Positions 20,067 through 28,668 of a DNA stretch of 51,124 bases are shown in pieces. This stretch comes from a virus (taxonomy: Duplodnaviria > Caudoviricetes). Location: positions 1 to 51,124 of IMG/VR virus record IMGVR_UViG_3300044703_000055; one strand, written 5' to 3'. Within the stretch, counting starts at the first letter, position 1; each line of letters begins with the position of its first letter. Under the pieces are notes generated by a model. It saw only the letters and a list, made by a program, of their open reading frames with translations, did not search any database and was not told the DNA's origin. Position numbers and translations under genes: made by a program.

Positions 20067-20090
20067 TGGCCCGGCGGAAACGTCGGGCCA
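20067..20090 (+). promoter_or_regulatory. GNRA-tetraloop hairpin after capsid gene (mRNA stabiliser/attenuator)
   Basis: TGGCCCGGCG GAAA CGTCGGGCCA, no U-tract. Confidence 0.5.
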
Positions 20091-20111
20091 GGGCGCATAG
20101 CCAAATTACTT

Positions 20112-20660
20112 ATGGCAGGAACAATTGATAACAGGGATGTCGGTATTGCCGCACCTGAGTTCATCGTCAAAAATAAATCCGGCGTTACGCGCACCAAGCG
20201 AACGGGCACTGTTGTCCGCGAGATCGCGGTTGCGACGTTCGACACGGCAGCGGCCGACAGCTCAGGCGTTGCGAATACGACCATCGCGGCTCACGGCCTC
20301 GGTGTCTACCTTCCTACGAAGGCGATCATCACGCGCGTATGGGTAGACGTTGTAACGACATTCACATCTGCAACCGATGCAGCAACGATTGCGCTTAAGG
20401 CGCAGTCAGCGAACGACATCGTATCCGCTATCTCCATTGCAGACGCATCAAACGTCTGGGATGCGGGTATTCACGGGTCCAAGATCGGCCTTCCGGCTCT
20501 TGCGGACACGACATCGGAAACCGCGCTTGCCGTCTCAGCGCTGTTCGCCGCTTCGATGCTTAAGCTCACCGCGGTGCGCGAGCTTACCGCCACGGTCGCA
20601 GTGGAAGCGCTCACAGCAGGCAAAGCCAATATATTCGTGGAGTACGTAGTCTCCGACTAA
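20112..20660 (+). CDS. Putative virion (head decoration) protein
   Basis: Ala/Thr-rich beta protein, LPTKAIITRVWVDVVTTF...ALTAGKANIFVEY. Confidence 0.65.
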   Translation: MAGTIDNRDVGIAAPEFIVKNKSGVTRTKRTGTVVREIAVATFDTAAADSSGVANTTIAAHGLGVYLPTKAIITRVWVDVVTTFTSATDAATIALKAQSANDIVSAISIADASNVWDAGIHGSKIGLPALADTTSETALAVSALFAASMLKLTAVRELTATVAVEALTAGKANIFVEYVVSD

Positions 20661-20664
20661 GCGT

Positions 20665-21096
20665 ATGGAGTACTTCGTTGCTCGGAACCTAAATCATGAC
20701 GGACGGGAATACGTTGTCGGAAGCATCGTGCAACTGACGACGGAAGCCGCCCAACCGCTTTTGGACGTAGGGGTCCTCAGTTCGACAGCTATCGAGGCTG
20801 CCGCACCAGTGCAGGAGCCTGTGGTGGAGGATGCCCAGCCAGAGGCGGCGGACGTTGCCACTGCGGGAGGCACGCCAACGGAGACAGGAGAACCGTCGCT
20901 CGATACCGACCTGACCGAGAGCACCGACCCCGATACTCGCGAGATCGGTCCGCACTCGGAAACCTCCCCGGCGCCCGTCAAGGAGGCACCCGCACCAGTG
21001 CAGGAGCCCGAAAAGCCGAAGCGTGCCGCTACAGGCCGCAGGAGCAAGCCTCAAGAGCCTACGGAGCCGGAGAATGATCCATCCGCAAACCTCTAG
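20665..21096 (+). CDS. Head-associated protein with acidic Pro-rich tail
   Basis: NLNHDGREYVVGSIVQLTTEAAQPLLDVGV small domain, often seen after capsid genes. Confidence 0.6.
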   Translation: MEYFVARNLNHDGREYVVGSIVQLTTEAAQPLLDVGVLSSTAIEAAAPVQEPVVEDAQPEAADVATAGGTPTETGEPSLDTDLTESTDPDTREIGPHSETSPAPVKEAPAPVQEPEKPKRAATGRRSKPQEPTEPENDPSANL

Positions 21097-21099
21097 CGT

Positions 21100-21588
21100 A
21101 TGAGCCTCACATCTATTCAGACGCTTAGAGCCTCGGCAGCGCAGGCTACAGCAGGAACGGTCACCGGATCGGCTGTCAGCTTGCAGCAGGCATTCAAGGA
21201 ATTGAATGTGCAGCTCGCAGTATCCGCGGCGGGAACGGATGCGGGCGACACGCTGGATGTGTACGTCGACACGAGCTTCGACGGAGGCGCGACCTTCGTG
21301 AACATCGGCCACTTCACGCAGGTGCTCGGCAACGGCGGCGCAAAGACATTTGTGATGTCCTTCTGCAATGCCAATCCGGGCACGTCGGCCGTCGTGAACG
21401 TCACCAGCGATGCAGCAGCAGGCGCAACCCGTCAAATCGATTTCGGCTCGCAGCTTCGCTATCGCGGCATCATGGTGGACGGGGATGCAAACGGCTCATT
21501 CACTTATTCGCTAACAGCGTTTCTCAAATATTATGCCGAAATACGCCATCAAAGTTACGGCCGCAGACAAGCTGCACATTCAGGATAG
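21100..21588 (+). CDS. Putative virion protein (true stop may lie near 21530)
   Basis: TLDVYVDTSFDGGATFVNIGHFTQV jelly-roll-like; 56-nt overlap with next gene suggests a lost stop. Confidence 0.6.
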   Translation: MSLTSIQTLRASAAQATAGTVTGSAVSLQQAFKELNVQLAVSAAGTDAGDTLDVYVDTSFDGGATFVNIGHFTQVLGNGGAKTFVMSFCNANPGTSAVVNVTSDAAAGATRQIDFGSQLRYRGIMVDGDANGSFTYSLTAFLKYYAEIRHQSYGRRQAAHSG

Positions 21589-21829
21589 TGACACTACCGT
21601 GCTCTCGGTCCAATTCGACATCGAAAAGGACGGCGAGGTAATAACCACCATGCGGCACGGCTTCCTGCTCGATACGAGCGTGGCGGATGTGGAAGCCGAA
21701 TTGCAGAAGGTGCTCGACGCATACATTCAGGATGCGGAAACCGCCGAGAGTAAATCTGAGTACGCCAAGGCTGACGCACAAGCAGATGAGACGATCGCGG
21801 AGATCGTCGGAAAGGAGATTAGCAACTAG
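21533..21829 (+). CDS. Hypothetical acidic protein
   Basis: In-operon ORF, T-ATG start. Confidence 0.65.
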   Translation: MPKYAIKVTAADKLHIQDSDTTVLSVQFDIEKDGEVITTMRHGFLLDTSVADVEAELQKVLDAYIQDAETAESKSEYAKADAQADETIAEIVGKEISN

Positions 21830-21839
21830 CAAAACGATT

Positions 21840-22469
21840 ATGAATAAATTAGTTCGGATGGTGTACGCTGGACGAATCCCCATTGACGCCAACGTGCAGA
21901 TGCGTCACCTCGACCGCTTCGGTAATCCAAAGCCGATATTTCAAGAAAATCCACTGTGCATTTTTCTTATCAAATGGGGCATTCTCTCCCCGTTGTGGAT
22001 CAACGGACCGCACGCAGCTCGTCTTTCCCGATTCTTGGGGTATTGGGCCACTGAAAAAGACGGTCGCAACCTCATCACCGACGCAGGGCGCGCAGCAGTA
22101 GCTTCGCGGATCAATGGATCTGGTGGCGCAGCGGCATTTACCGCGATCGGCCAAGGCACCGGAGCGACGGCCGCCAACGCTGCCGACACGACGCTGCAAA
22201 CCGAAGTCAAAGCCGATGGTACGGCAGCATCGGGCGTGCATGCGCTCGCCACTGCATCCGTCACAGTTTCACGTGTAACCACAACGGTCACAAACGATAC
22301 GGCGCAGCTCGTGGGTACCATTGCGGAAACCGCAACAATCGCAGTTACCGAGTCCGGCGTGTTCAACGCCGACACGAACGGCACGCTCTTGTGCCGACAG
22401 ACCTTCTCGGCAGTGAACGTGATCTCAGGCGATTCGATTCAGTTAACGTGGAAGATTAAAGCCGCATAG
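21840..22469 (+). CDS. Fibre-anchor-like structural protein
   Basis: NLITDAGRAAVASR...IGQGTGATAANAADTTLQTE...ESGVFNA...LLCR; same motif pattern as 31840-32403. Confidence 0.7.
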   Translation: MNKLVRMVYAGRIPIDANVQMRHLDRFGNPKPIFQENPLCIFLIKWGILSPLWINGPHAARLSRFLGYWATEKDGRNLITDAGRAAVASRINGSGGAAAFTAIGQGTGATAANAADTTLQTEVKADGTAASGVHALATASVTVSRVTTTVTNDTAQLVGTIAETATIAVTESGVFNADTNGTLLCRQTFSAVNVISGDSIQLTWKIKAA

Positions 22470-22474
22470 ACCGT

Positions 22475-22984
22475 ATGGCGCTCTATCAGATTTACAATGG
22501 GCCATCGCCAACGACAGCAGCCCAGGTGGCCGTAACTACGGGCACATCGATCAAGACGCTTCTACAGGTGAAGGCATCAGCCACGAAGCCCTTCATTATC
22601 GTAGAGTGGGGCATTTCCTTCGACGGTTCGGCCGCGGCTACTCCGATCAAGGTTGAGCTGTTGGAAACTGACGTGGCAGCGACGGTGACCGCCTCGGCCG
22701 CCGCGGACATCGTGAAGCTGGATTGCGAGGCGCTTAACGGCGGCGATCCCACAACAAACCTCGTTCCTGTGGGCACCACGTCAACGGGGTACACGTCTAC
22801 GGCTGAAGGAACGATAACCGCGACACGCGAATTCGACGTGCAATTCATCGCGCCGACAAATCAATACGTGAAGCAATTTCCGCTCGGTCGCGAGCCGATG
22901 ATCCAAGTCTCCAAATTCGCGCGCATTCGCGTGACTGCGGGAGCGGCAGTTAACGCCTACTGTTACATGACGATACAGGTTTAG
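22475..22984 (+). CDS. Putative virion structural protein
   Basis: Thr/Ala-rich, in late operon. Confidence 0.65.
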   Translation: MALYQIYNGPSPTTAAQVAVTTGTSIKTLLQVKASATKPFIIVEWGISFDGSAAATPIKVELLETDVAATVTASAAADIVKLDCEALNGGDPTTNLVPVGTTSTGYTSTAEGTITATREFDVQFIAPTNQYVKQFPLGREPMIQVSKFARIRVTAGAAVNAYCYMTIQV

Positions 22985-22993
22985 CCCTATGCT

Positions 22994-23671
22994 ATGGCCT
23001 GGACCGCGGAAGATACAATCGAATCCTATTCTGTCGGCACGCTTAATGCTGGCGCTGGTGGTACGGGTTGGAGTGGAGACTGGGGAGCTGTCGGAAGCTT
23101 CAATCCGTCGCAATTCTCGGTAGTCACAACAACTGCATACGAAGGTACAAAAGCTGTCATCGCTGATGGCGGTACTGGTCCTGCAATCGGACGGGCGCTA
23201 AGCACGTCCATCTCCGCCTCGGCAGTTCTTTACATTGCGATGCGGCGCACCACGACCGGCGGCGTCAATGAGGGGCAATTCACGCTCCGTAACACGTCTG
23301 ACCAACAGCGAGTCGGTGTCTTCTTCAATATCTCAGGACGTATCATTCTCGGCTCGGGAGGCGGCGCCGTCGATGTCGCGCCGTATAGCATAAACACTTG
23401 GTACGTCATTCGCCTTACATTTAATCCGGCCACGAATGCGGCAACGATGGCTTACAGCACAAACAGCTACGGATCGGCAGGCACATTCAGCGCTGAAAGT
23501 TCGAGCTATACGATGGGAAATACTGGCGACGTTGCATGGCTAGTTTTGAACGGCGGAGATGATGACACCATGATGTTTGATTACATCAGCGGTACCAGTC
23601 CCTTCGTCGCCGGTAAACTTCCAGCTCCCATACTTACGAGACAGGCGGTAAAGCGCGCGGCGTCTTACTAA
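22994..23671 (+). CDS. Lectin-like beta-sandwich virion protein
   Basis: ESYSVGTLNAGAGGTGW, YSINTWYVIRLTFN, MMFDYI pattern. Confidence 0.55.
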   Translation: MAWTAEDTIESYSVGTLNAGAGGTGWSGDWGAVGSFNPSQFSVVTTTAYEGTKAVIADGGTGPAIGRALSTSISASAVLYIAMRRTTTGGVNEGQFTLRNTSDQQRVGVFFNISGRIILGSGGGAVDVAPYSINTWYVIRLTFNPATNAATMAYSTNSYGSAGTFSAESSSYTMGNTGDVAWLVLNGGDDDTMMFDYISGTSPFVAGKLPAPILTRQAVKRAASY

Positions 23672-23679
23672 CAAGCGAT

Positions 23680-25005
23680 ATGGCCCGCCTTGGAAGAGCA
23701 CAGCCATTCAAGCCTATTATTCGCACGCGCGGCCGAAGCCTTTGGACAGCAACCCTCAGCGAAACGGTGACGCTAACGGATTCGATCATCAAACTTACCA
23801 GTAAGCTGCTCTCCGATACGGTCACGTATACTGCTACAATTTTGCGTCAGCTTGTCCGCACGCTCAGTGAAACGACGACACTCACGGATTCGCTCATACG
23901 CCAAGCAGCCAAGGTTCTTACCCAAACGATCACTCACACCGACACGCTTGTGCGGCAGCCGGGAAAGGTGCTTTCGGACACAGCTTCCTTGACCGACACC
24001 ATTCTTCGTATGGCCGGAAAGGTGCTTTCAGATACGGCTTCCTTGACCGCTACCATTCTTCGTACGCCGGGAAAGGTACTTTCCGACACCGTTACTTTCA
24101 CGGATAGCCTTATACGCCAGGGTGGAAAGGTGCTCTCTCAAACGATCACGCTTACCGACAGCGTGATTCGTATGACCAGCAAGGTGCTCTCCGACACGGT
24201 AACGTCCACGGACACCATTCTAAAGCAGCTCACGCGCGCCCTCACCTTGGAAACGACGACCCTTACGGCATCGCTCGTAAAAACCGCAGGCAAGGTGCTG
24301 TCCGACACAGTGACTTCGACCGATAGCCTTCTTCGTCAGACACAAAAATTGCTTGCCGATACAGTTACGCTCACGGGTGTTTTGCTGCGTCAGCTCGCGC
24401 GCACGGTGAGCGAAACAATCACGATGGCGGATACCATCCTAAAGCAGCTTGGCCGATCACTGGCCGAAACGACCACAGTCTCCGATACACTTCTCCGCAT
24501 ACCGGGGAGGATGCTTGCAGAGACGATCACCTATACCGATACACTTTTTAGACAGCTCACGCGGTCTCTCGCTGATACGATCACACTTACGGATACTGTC
24601 CTCCGGCAATTAGCCCGCTCGCTTACGGAGGCGATTACTTTCTCCGACGTGCTGACCCGAAGTGTCGGGATTGTCAGAGCAGAGGCATTCACACTAACCG
24701 ATTCCGTCATAAGGACGGCAAGTCGCTCCTTTGCAGAGGCCGTCGATTTTACGGATTCAGTGCTTCGTCAAATGGCGCGGAGCCTCACCGAGCAGATATC
24801 ATTGACCGATACTGTTGTGCCGTTTCTGCGCACTGCGATGCGCAAGGGCATTACTGTTTTGACATCGGTCGTTCAGCGGATCGTGGTACCATTAAGCTCA
24901 TGGAGCGCTCATCGTCTGACAACGAATACGTCCGCTACCGAGCTGACAACAAAGCAGGGTGCCGCGACGGAGCTAGGGACGAGCACCGATAAACATATTC
25001 TATGA
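23680..25005 (+). CDS. Tandem-repeat fibre-like protein, about 20 x 18-aa repeats
   Basis: Consensus LSDTVTLTDSLIRQxGKV, 54-bp period visible at DNA level around 23960-24090. Confidence 0.75.
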   Translation: MARLGRAQPFKPIIRTRGRSLWTATLSETVTLTDSIIKLTSKLLSDTVTYTATILRQLVRTLSETTTLTDSLIRQAAKVLTQTITHTDTLVRQPGKVLSDTASLTDTILRMAGKVLSDTASLTATILRTPGKVLSDTVTFTDSLIRQGGKVLSQTITLTDSVIRMTSKVLSDTVTSTDTILKQLTRALTLETTTLTASLVKTAGKVLSDTVTSTDSLLRQTQKLLADTVTLTGVLLRQLARTVSETITMADTILKQLGRSLAETTTVSDTLLRIPGRMLAETITYTDTLFRQLTRSLADTITLTDTVLRQLARSLTEAITFSDVLTRSVGIVRAEAFTLTDSVIRTASRSFAEAVDFTDSVLRQMARSLTEQISLTDTVVPFLRTAMRKGITVLTSVVQRIVVPLSSWSAHRLTTNTSATELTTKQGAATELGTSTDKHIL

Positions 25006-25907
25006 GGACACTTCTTGCCGTAACCGAGGATTTCATAAAGACAGAGCGAACCGAGCTTGCTGCGGATGCGGCTGCAGGATCGAACGTTAGCCTGACCCTT
25101 CTGAATAACGGCGGCTTTACCAACTCCGCATTCGTGGTCATCGGCTACGAGGGCAATGAGCTGTGCGAGATGGAACAGATCAACCAAGCGCCGAGCGGGA
25201 ACACTTCGATACGGGTCGCAACCCTCAAATTTAATCACCAGAAAGGCGAGCCGGTCACCGTCTATCGGTACGACAAACGAAAGTTCTACGGCGCGACATC
25301 CGCGACGGGCAGCTTCGCGGAATTGACTGCTGATGGATCTCCGCTCCCGATCCAGGTCGATGATCCAACGGGCACGATTATCGAGTACACGGGCATTGAG
25401 GGCTACACCTATTTCAAGGCCACCTACTACAACAGCACGACAACCGACGAGACCAGCCAGGACGATAGCGACGCGGTGCTTGCGAACGAGTCGGTGCGCT
25501 ACGCTTCGCTGTATGCGATCCGAAAGCATGCAGGCCTTGCCGGCAATCCTCGCTATTCCGAAAGCCGTCTTGAGACCAAGCGCAAGCAGGCAGAGAACGA
25601 GATCAATAGCGCGATCGCCGCCAAGTACGTGCTGCCCCTTTCCGAGGTCCCTCACCTCGTGAGCCAAATCTGCGAGCTGCTTGCGGCGGGCTACATCGAT
25701 TACGAGGAATTCGGGAAGAACGGCGAAGGCGTGAAGTGGCTTGGCGAAGGCCGAGCGCTATTGAAGGCCATACAGAAGGGTACGCAGCTCTTGATCGGGA
25801 CCGATGGGACTGAGCTGGCGCGCAACACCAAAGTGGGCGTGCTCGACGGCTATCCCAATGACGAGGACACGGACTCCGCGCAGTTCAGCATGAGCGACCG
25901 ATATTGA
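25002..25907 (+). CDS. Head-tail adaptor (Mu gp36/DUF1320-like C-terminus) with N-terminal extension
   Basis: AENEINSAIAAKYVLPLSEVPHLVSQICELLAAGYI...ALLKAIQKG. Confidence 0.75.
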   Translation: MRTLLAVTEDFIKTERTELAADAAAGSNVSLTLLNNGGFTNSAFVVIGYEGNELCEMEQINQAPSGNTSIRVATLKFNHQKGEPVTVYRYDKRKFYGATSATGSFAELTADGSPLPIQVDDPTGTIIEYTGIEGYTYFKATYYNSTTTDETSQDDSDAVLANESVRYASLYAIRKHAGLAGNPRYSESRLETKRKQAENEINSAIAAKYVLPLSEVPHLVSQICELLAAGYIDYEEFGKNGEGVKWLGEGRALLKAIQKGTQLLIGTDGTELARNTKVGVLDGYPNDEDTDSAQFSMSDRY

Positions 25908-25912
25908 TATGT

Positions 25913-26371
25913 ATGTCGTTTCAAATTTCGTGGGAGATCGAAGGAAAGACGCAGTTATCCCGCGTGCTCATCGGTATGGAATCGAGCATGAAGGACTACA
26001 CGTTCCCATTCCGGCAATCTGCGGATTACTTACATCACACATTCGCTGTGGACGTATTCGAGACCCAAGGGGCGGCGATTGGGGAGAAATGGAAACGCCT
26101 CTCGCCTGCGACAGTGTCACGGAAGGCGCGGCAGGGAATGCCGGACACGCCTCTCATTGCGACGGGCAACATGCGCGCCAGTTTTCAAACGGAGGTGTCG
26201 AAGGATCAGGCTGTGATCTCCAACACCGCCGAGTATTTCAAATATCACCAGTCGAACAAGCCGCGCGAGAAAATACCACGGCGCGTCATGATGAAGCTGG
26301 CCGAGGATCAAAAGCAGCAGATCGTAAAATATTTCCAGGAGCACATTCGAGTGTCGATGCAACGCCCATAG
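25913..26371 (+). CDS. Virion morphogenesis / tail completion protein (Mu gpG-like)
   Basis: WKRLSPATVSRK, PLIATGNMRASF, YFKYHQ, IPRRVM. Confidence 0.82.
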   Translation: MSFQISWEIEGKTQLSRVLIGMESSMKDYTFPFRQSADYLHHTFAVDVFETQGAAIGEKWKRLSPATVSRKARQGMPDTPLIATGNMRASFQTEVSKDQAVISNTAEYFKYHQSNKPREKIPRRVMMKLAEDQKQQIVKYFQEHIRVSMQRP

Positions 26372-26372
26372 T

Positions 26373-26873
26373 ATGAATTATTCCGATCCGGTCATCGCGA
26401 AATATATCGAACTGCTCAAAACGAACACTGGTCTAATCAACCAATATTTCCAAGGCGAGCCGATCCGCGTGCCGTCTGTAGATTTTCCTTACGCCATGAT
26501 CTCCAAACGGGAGACGCGCGTTGGCCCCCTAAACAATTCCGACGACGAACACGGAATTGCGATGTCTATCACCATCGTGGCCGATATTCGCAAGGACTTA
26601 TCAACAGAGGAAAGCGCCGGCGCAGTGAATGCAGGCGTCGCGTCTTTGTACGAGATTGTGGAGGGACGGAACGCCGATTACACGCTCAAAGACAATTCGG
26701 TACTCGCCATTTTACGGGGCAATACCTTGGTGGATTCGACATACGGTCTTCGCACCGACCTCGGAACACAGACGCGCGTGGACTATGGTTTGACGCTCCG
26801 TAACCGGGCGCCGGAAGAGTGGTCTATCGAAGCGCGTGTGGATTTCGTCGCGCACTTCACACAGATGCGGTAG
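26373..26873 (+). CDS. Putative tail terminator
   Basis: Position before tail tube; FPYAMIS motif. Confidence 0.6.
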   Translation: MNYSDPVIAKYIELLKTNTGLINQYFQGEPIRVPSVDFPYAMISKRETRVGPLNNSDDEHGIAMSITIVADIRKDLSTEESAGAVNAGVASLYEIVEGRNADYTLKDNSVLAILRGNTLVDSTYGLRTDLGTQTRVDYGLTLRNRAPEEWSIEARVDFVAHFTQMR

Positions 26874-26882
26874 AATACAAGC

Positions 26883-26984
26883 ATGAGCTACAAAGCATGG
26901 ATGACGGTTGGCTCCATCGCTCTTGCTGTTGAGGGAGCAATATTCTTAACAGGATGTCTTCTCATAATTCTTCAATTGGTATGA
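26883..26984 (+). CDS. 33-aa single-TM peptide
   Basis: MSYKAWMTVGSIALAVEGAIFLTGCLLIILQLV; TAGAAT 6 nt upstream; ATGA overlap with next ORF. Confidence 0.45.
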   Translation: MSYKAWMTVGSIALAVEGAIFLTGCLLIILQLV

Positions 26985-27142
26985 AAGTAACGTCTAACCG
27001 CAGCGTCGAATTTCCAAAGCTTGGTTTCGCGATTTCGGCGGGCGAGACAAGAGAGCTTCCCGAAAACAAAGAGGCACAAGCAGTCATTCTCGCGCATCGT
27101 TCCATTTCCAAAATCAAGGAGGGTAAAACTACTAGCAATTAA
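26981..27142 (+). CDS. Small hypothetical tail-region protein
   Basis: MKVTSNRSVEFPKLGFAISAGETRELPEN... Confidence 0.55.
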   Translation: MKVTSNRSVEFPKLGFAISAGETRELPENKEAQAVILAHRSISKIKEGKTTSN

Positions 27143-27154
27143 TTTTATTGATGT

Positions 27155-28135
27155 ATGGGACTTACAAGCGGAACGCAGACGAACGTCGGCATCGGAATTG
27201 AGACAACCCCCGGAACGGCCGTAGCCGCAACGCACTTTCCGAAATGGGCTGAATTGTCCATGCAGGGGATCGCGGAAAAGGAATTGCTTGGATCGCAGCG
27301 CGGCGTGCGCAACACGCACAGCGATTCGATGATCAAGCGCAAATACTCACAAGGCAACCTGGTCGTAATCCCGAACGGTGATATCGCCGCGCCGATGTTC
27401 TATTGGGCGCTCGGCTCGAAAGCGACGGCCGGACCGACCGATGGCACGTACACGCACACCTTCACTGTGCAGAACACCAACGCATCCATGAAGACCTGCA
27501 CCGTGCTTGTGGAGGATGGCGCAATCGTCACGGAGCGCTTTGCCAACGTCGTTGCGAACACGTTGAACCTCGAAGTCTCGGACTCGTACGCCAAGATGTC
27601 GCTCGGCTTAATCGGCGGCTTCCCCGATACCGGCACCGTAACGGAATCGTTCGCCCAGGAATTTGAATACGCATATCACCAGATGACGGCCAAGTTTGGC
27701 ACGACCCTTTCCAATGCCGCGAGCGCGTCGGCAACACCGCTGAAGTCGTTTACGCTGAATGTGAACAACAACGTGCTCGTGGATGAGGCTTTCCTTTCCG
27801 GGGCGAATACGCCGGTTGCAGGCGGCTTCGTCGCGGGACGCTTGCAGATCACCGGCTCATACACGCTTCAGTACAGCGATACGGTAGAACTCGCTAAGTA
27901 CAAGGCGAACACAAAAAACGCCCTTCAAGTGCAATTCACCGGAGCCGTGACGGGCGGCGGAACGACAGCCGAGACGATCACCATCAAACTAGGCCGCTTG
28001 ATCCTTACCTCTCCACCGAAGGAGTACAACCTGGACGGCCTCACGCTCATCAACCAGGAATTCGCGGTCGAATACGAAGCGACCGACAAAGAGATGACCG
28101 TCGTCGTGGTGAACGACACCGCAAGCTACGCATAA
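27155..28135 (+). CDS. Major tail tube protein
   Basis: VGIGIETTPGTAVA, YTHTFT, LKSFTLNVNN, GRLQITGSYTL; before chaperone and tape measure. Confidence 0.85.
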   Translation: MGLTSGTQTNVGIGIETTPGTAVAATHFPKWAELSMQGIAEKELLGSQRGVRNTHSDSMIKRKYSQGNLVVIPNGDIAAPMFYWALGSKATAGPTDGTYTHTFTVQNTNASMKTCTVLVEDGAIVTERFANVVANTLNLEVSDSYAKMSLGLIGGFPDTGTVTESFAQEFEYAYHQMTAKFGTTLSNAASASATPLKSFTLNVNNNVLVDEAFLSGANTPVAGGFVAGRLQITGSYTLQYSDTVELAKYKANTKNALQVQFTGAVTGGGTTAETITIKLGRLILTSPPKEYNLDGLTLINQEFAVEYEATDKEMTVVVVNDTASYA

Positions 28136-28138
28136 TGT

Positions 28139-28483
28139 ATGGCCGCCGAACGACCTACACAAACGATCAAAACGCCAGGTGGATTTACCGTTGAGCTGAA
28201 ATCCTACATCACTGGACGCGAGCACTCGCAGATCCAGGACGTGTTCTTGAAGCGCATGGAAATCCGCTCACTCCAACAGAAGGGCGAGAACTCCTCCGCC
28301 GAAGTAAGCGGCTTACAGGGATCGGCAGCGACCGAAGCGGAAGCACTCACGATCAAGCTTCTTGTCGTCTCTCCCGATGGCTCGACCGAAGACGTGCATA
28401 ACCGTGTCCTCGATTTACCGCTGGCGGACTATAACGCCATTAAGCAGGAGATCGAGGCGATCACTGAGAGTAAAAAAAAATAA
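28139..28483 (+). CDS. Tail assembly chaperone (gpG-like)
   Basis: Between tube and tape measure; ends AGT AAA AAA AAA TAA. Confidence 0.8.
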   Translation: MAAERPTQTIKTPGGFTVELKSYITGREHSQIQDVFLKRMEIRSLQQKGENSSAEVSGLQGSAATEAEALTIKLLVVSPDGSTEDVHNRVLDLPLADYNAIKQEIEAITESKKK

Positions 28484-28665
28484 CTGAGGCTGTGGTCTCG
28501 TACATCGGGGGCGCGGTCAAAGGGCCGATGATAATCGCTGTCGTGTGTGAGCGAATGGGATGGGATTACCTCACATTCCAATCGCAGCCGACATGGTTCA
28601 TCAATCTACTACTCCGCAAATTCGAGATTGACGCGGACCAGCAGAAGCGAGCCACCACTCACTAA
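28472..28665 (+). CDS. -1 frameshift extension of chaperone (gpGT-like)
   Basis: A9 slippery run 28472-28480; -1 frame reads ITEAVVSYIGG...VCERMGWDYLTFQSQPTWFINLLL...TTH stop at 28663-28665, 3 nt before tape measure. Confidence 0.8.
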
Positions 28666-28668
28666 CCT

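Noticed and set aside
23755-24840. CRISPR array
   Set aside because: Repeats are degenerate, in-frame coding units without unique spacers; no cas operon
14262-26371. Mu-like transposable phage
   Set aside because: Mu-like head genes only; no DDE transposase, and integration is via tyrosine integrase with att repeats
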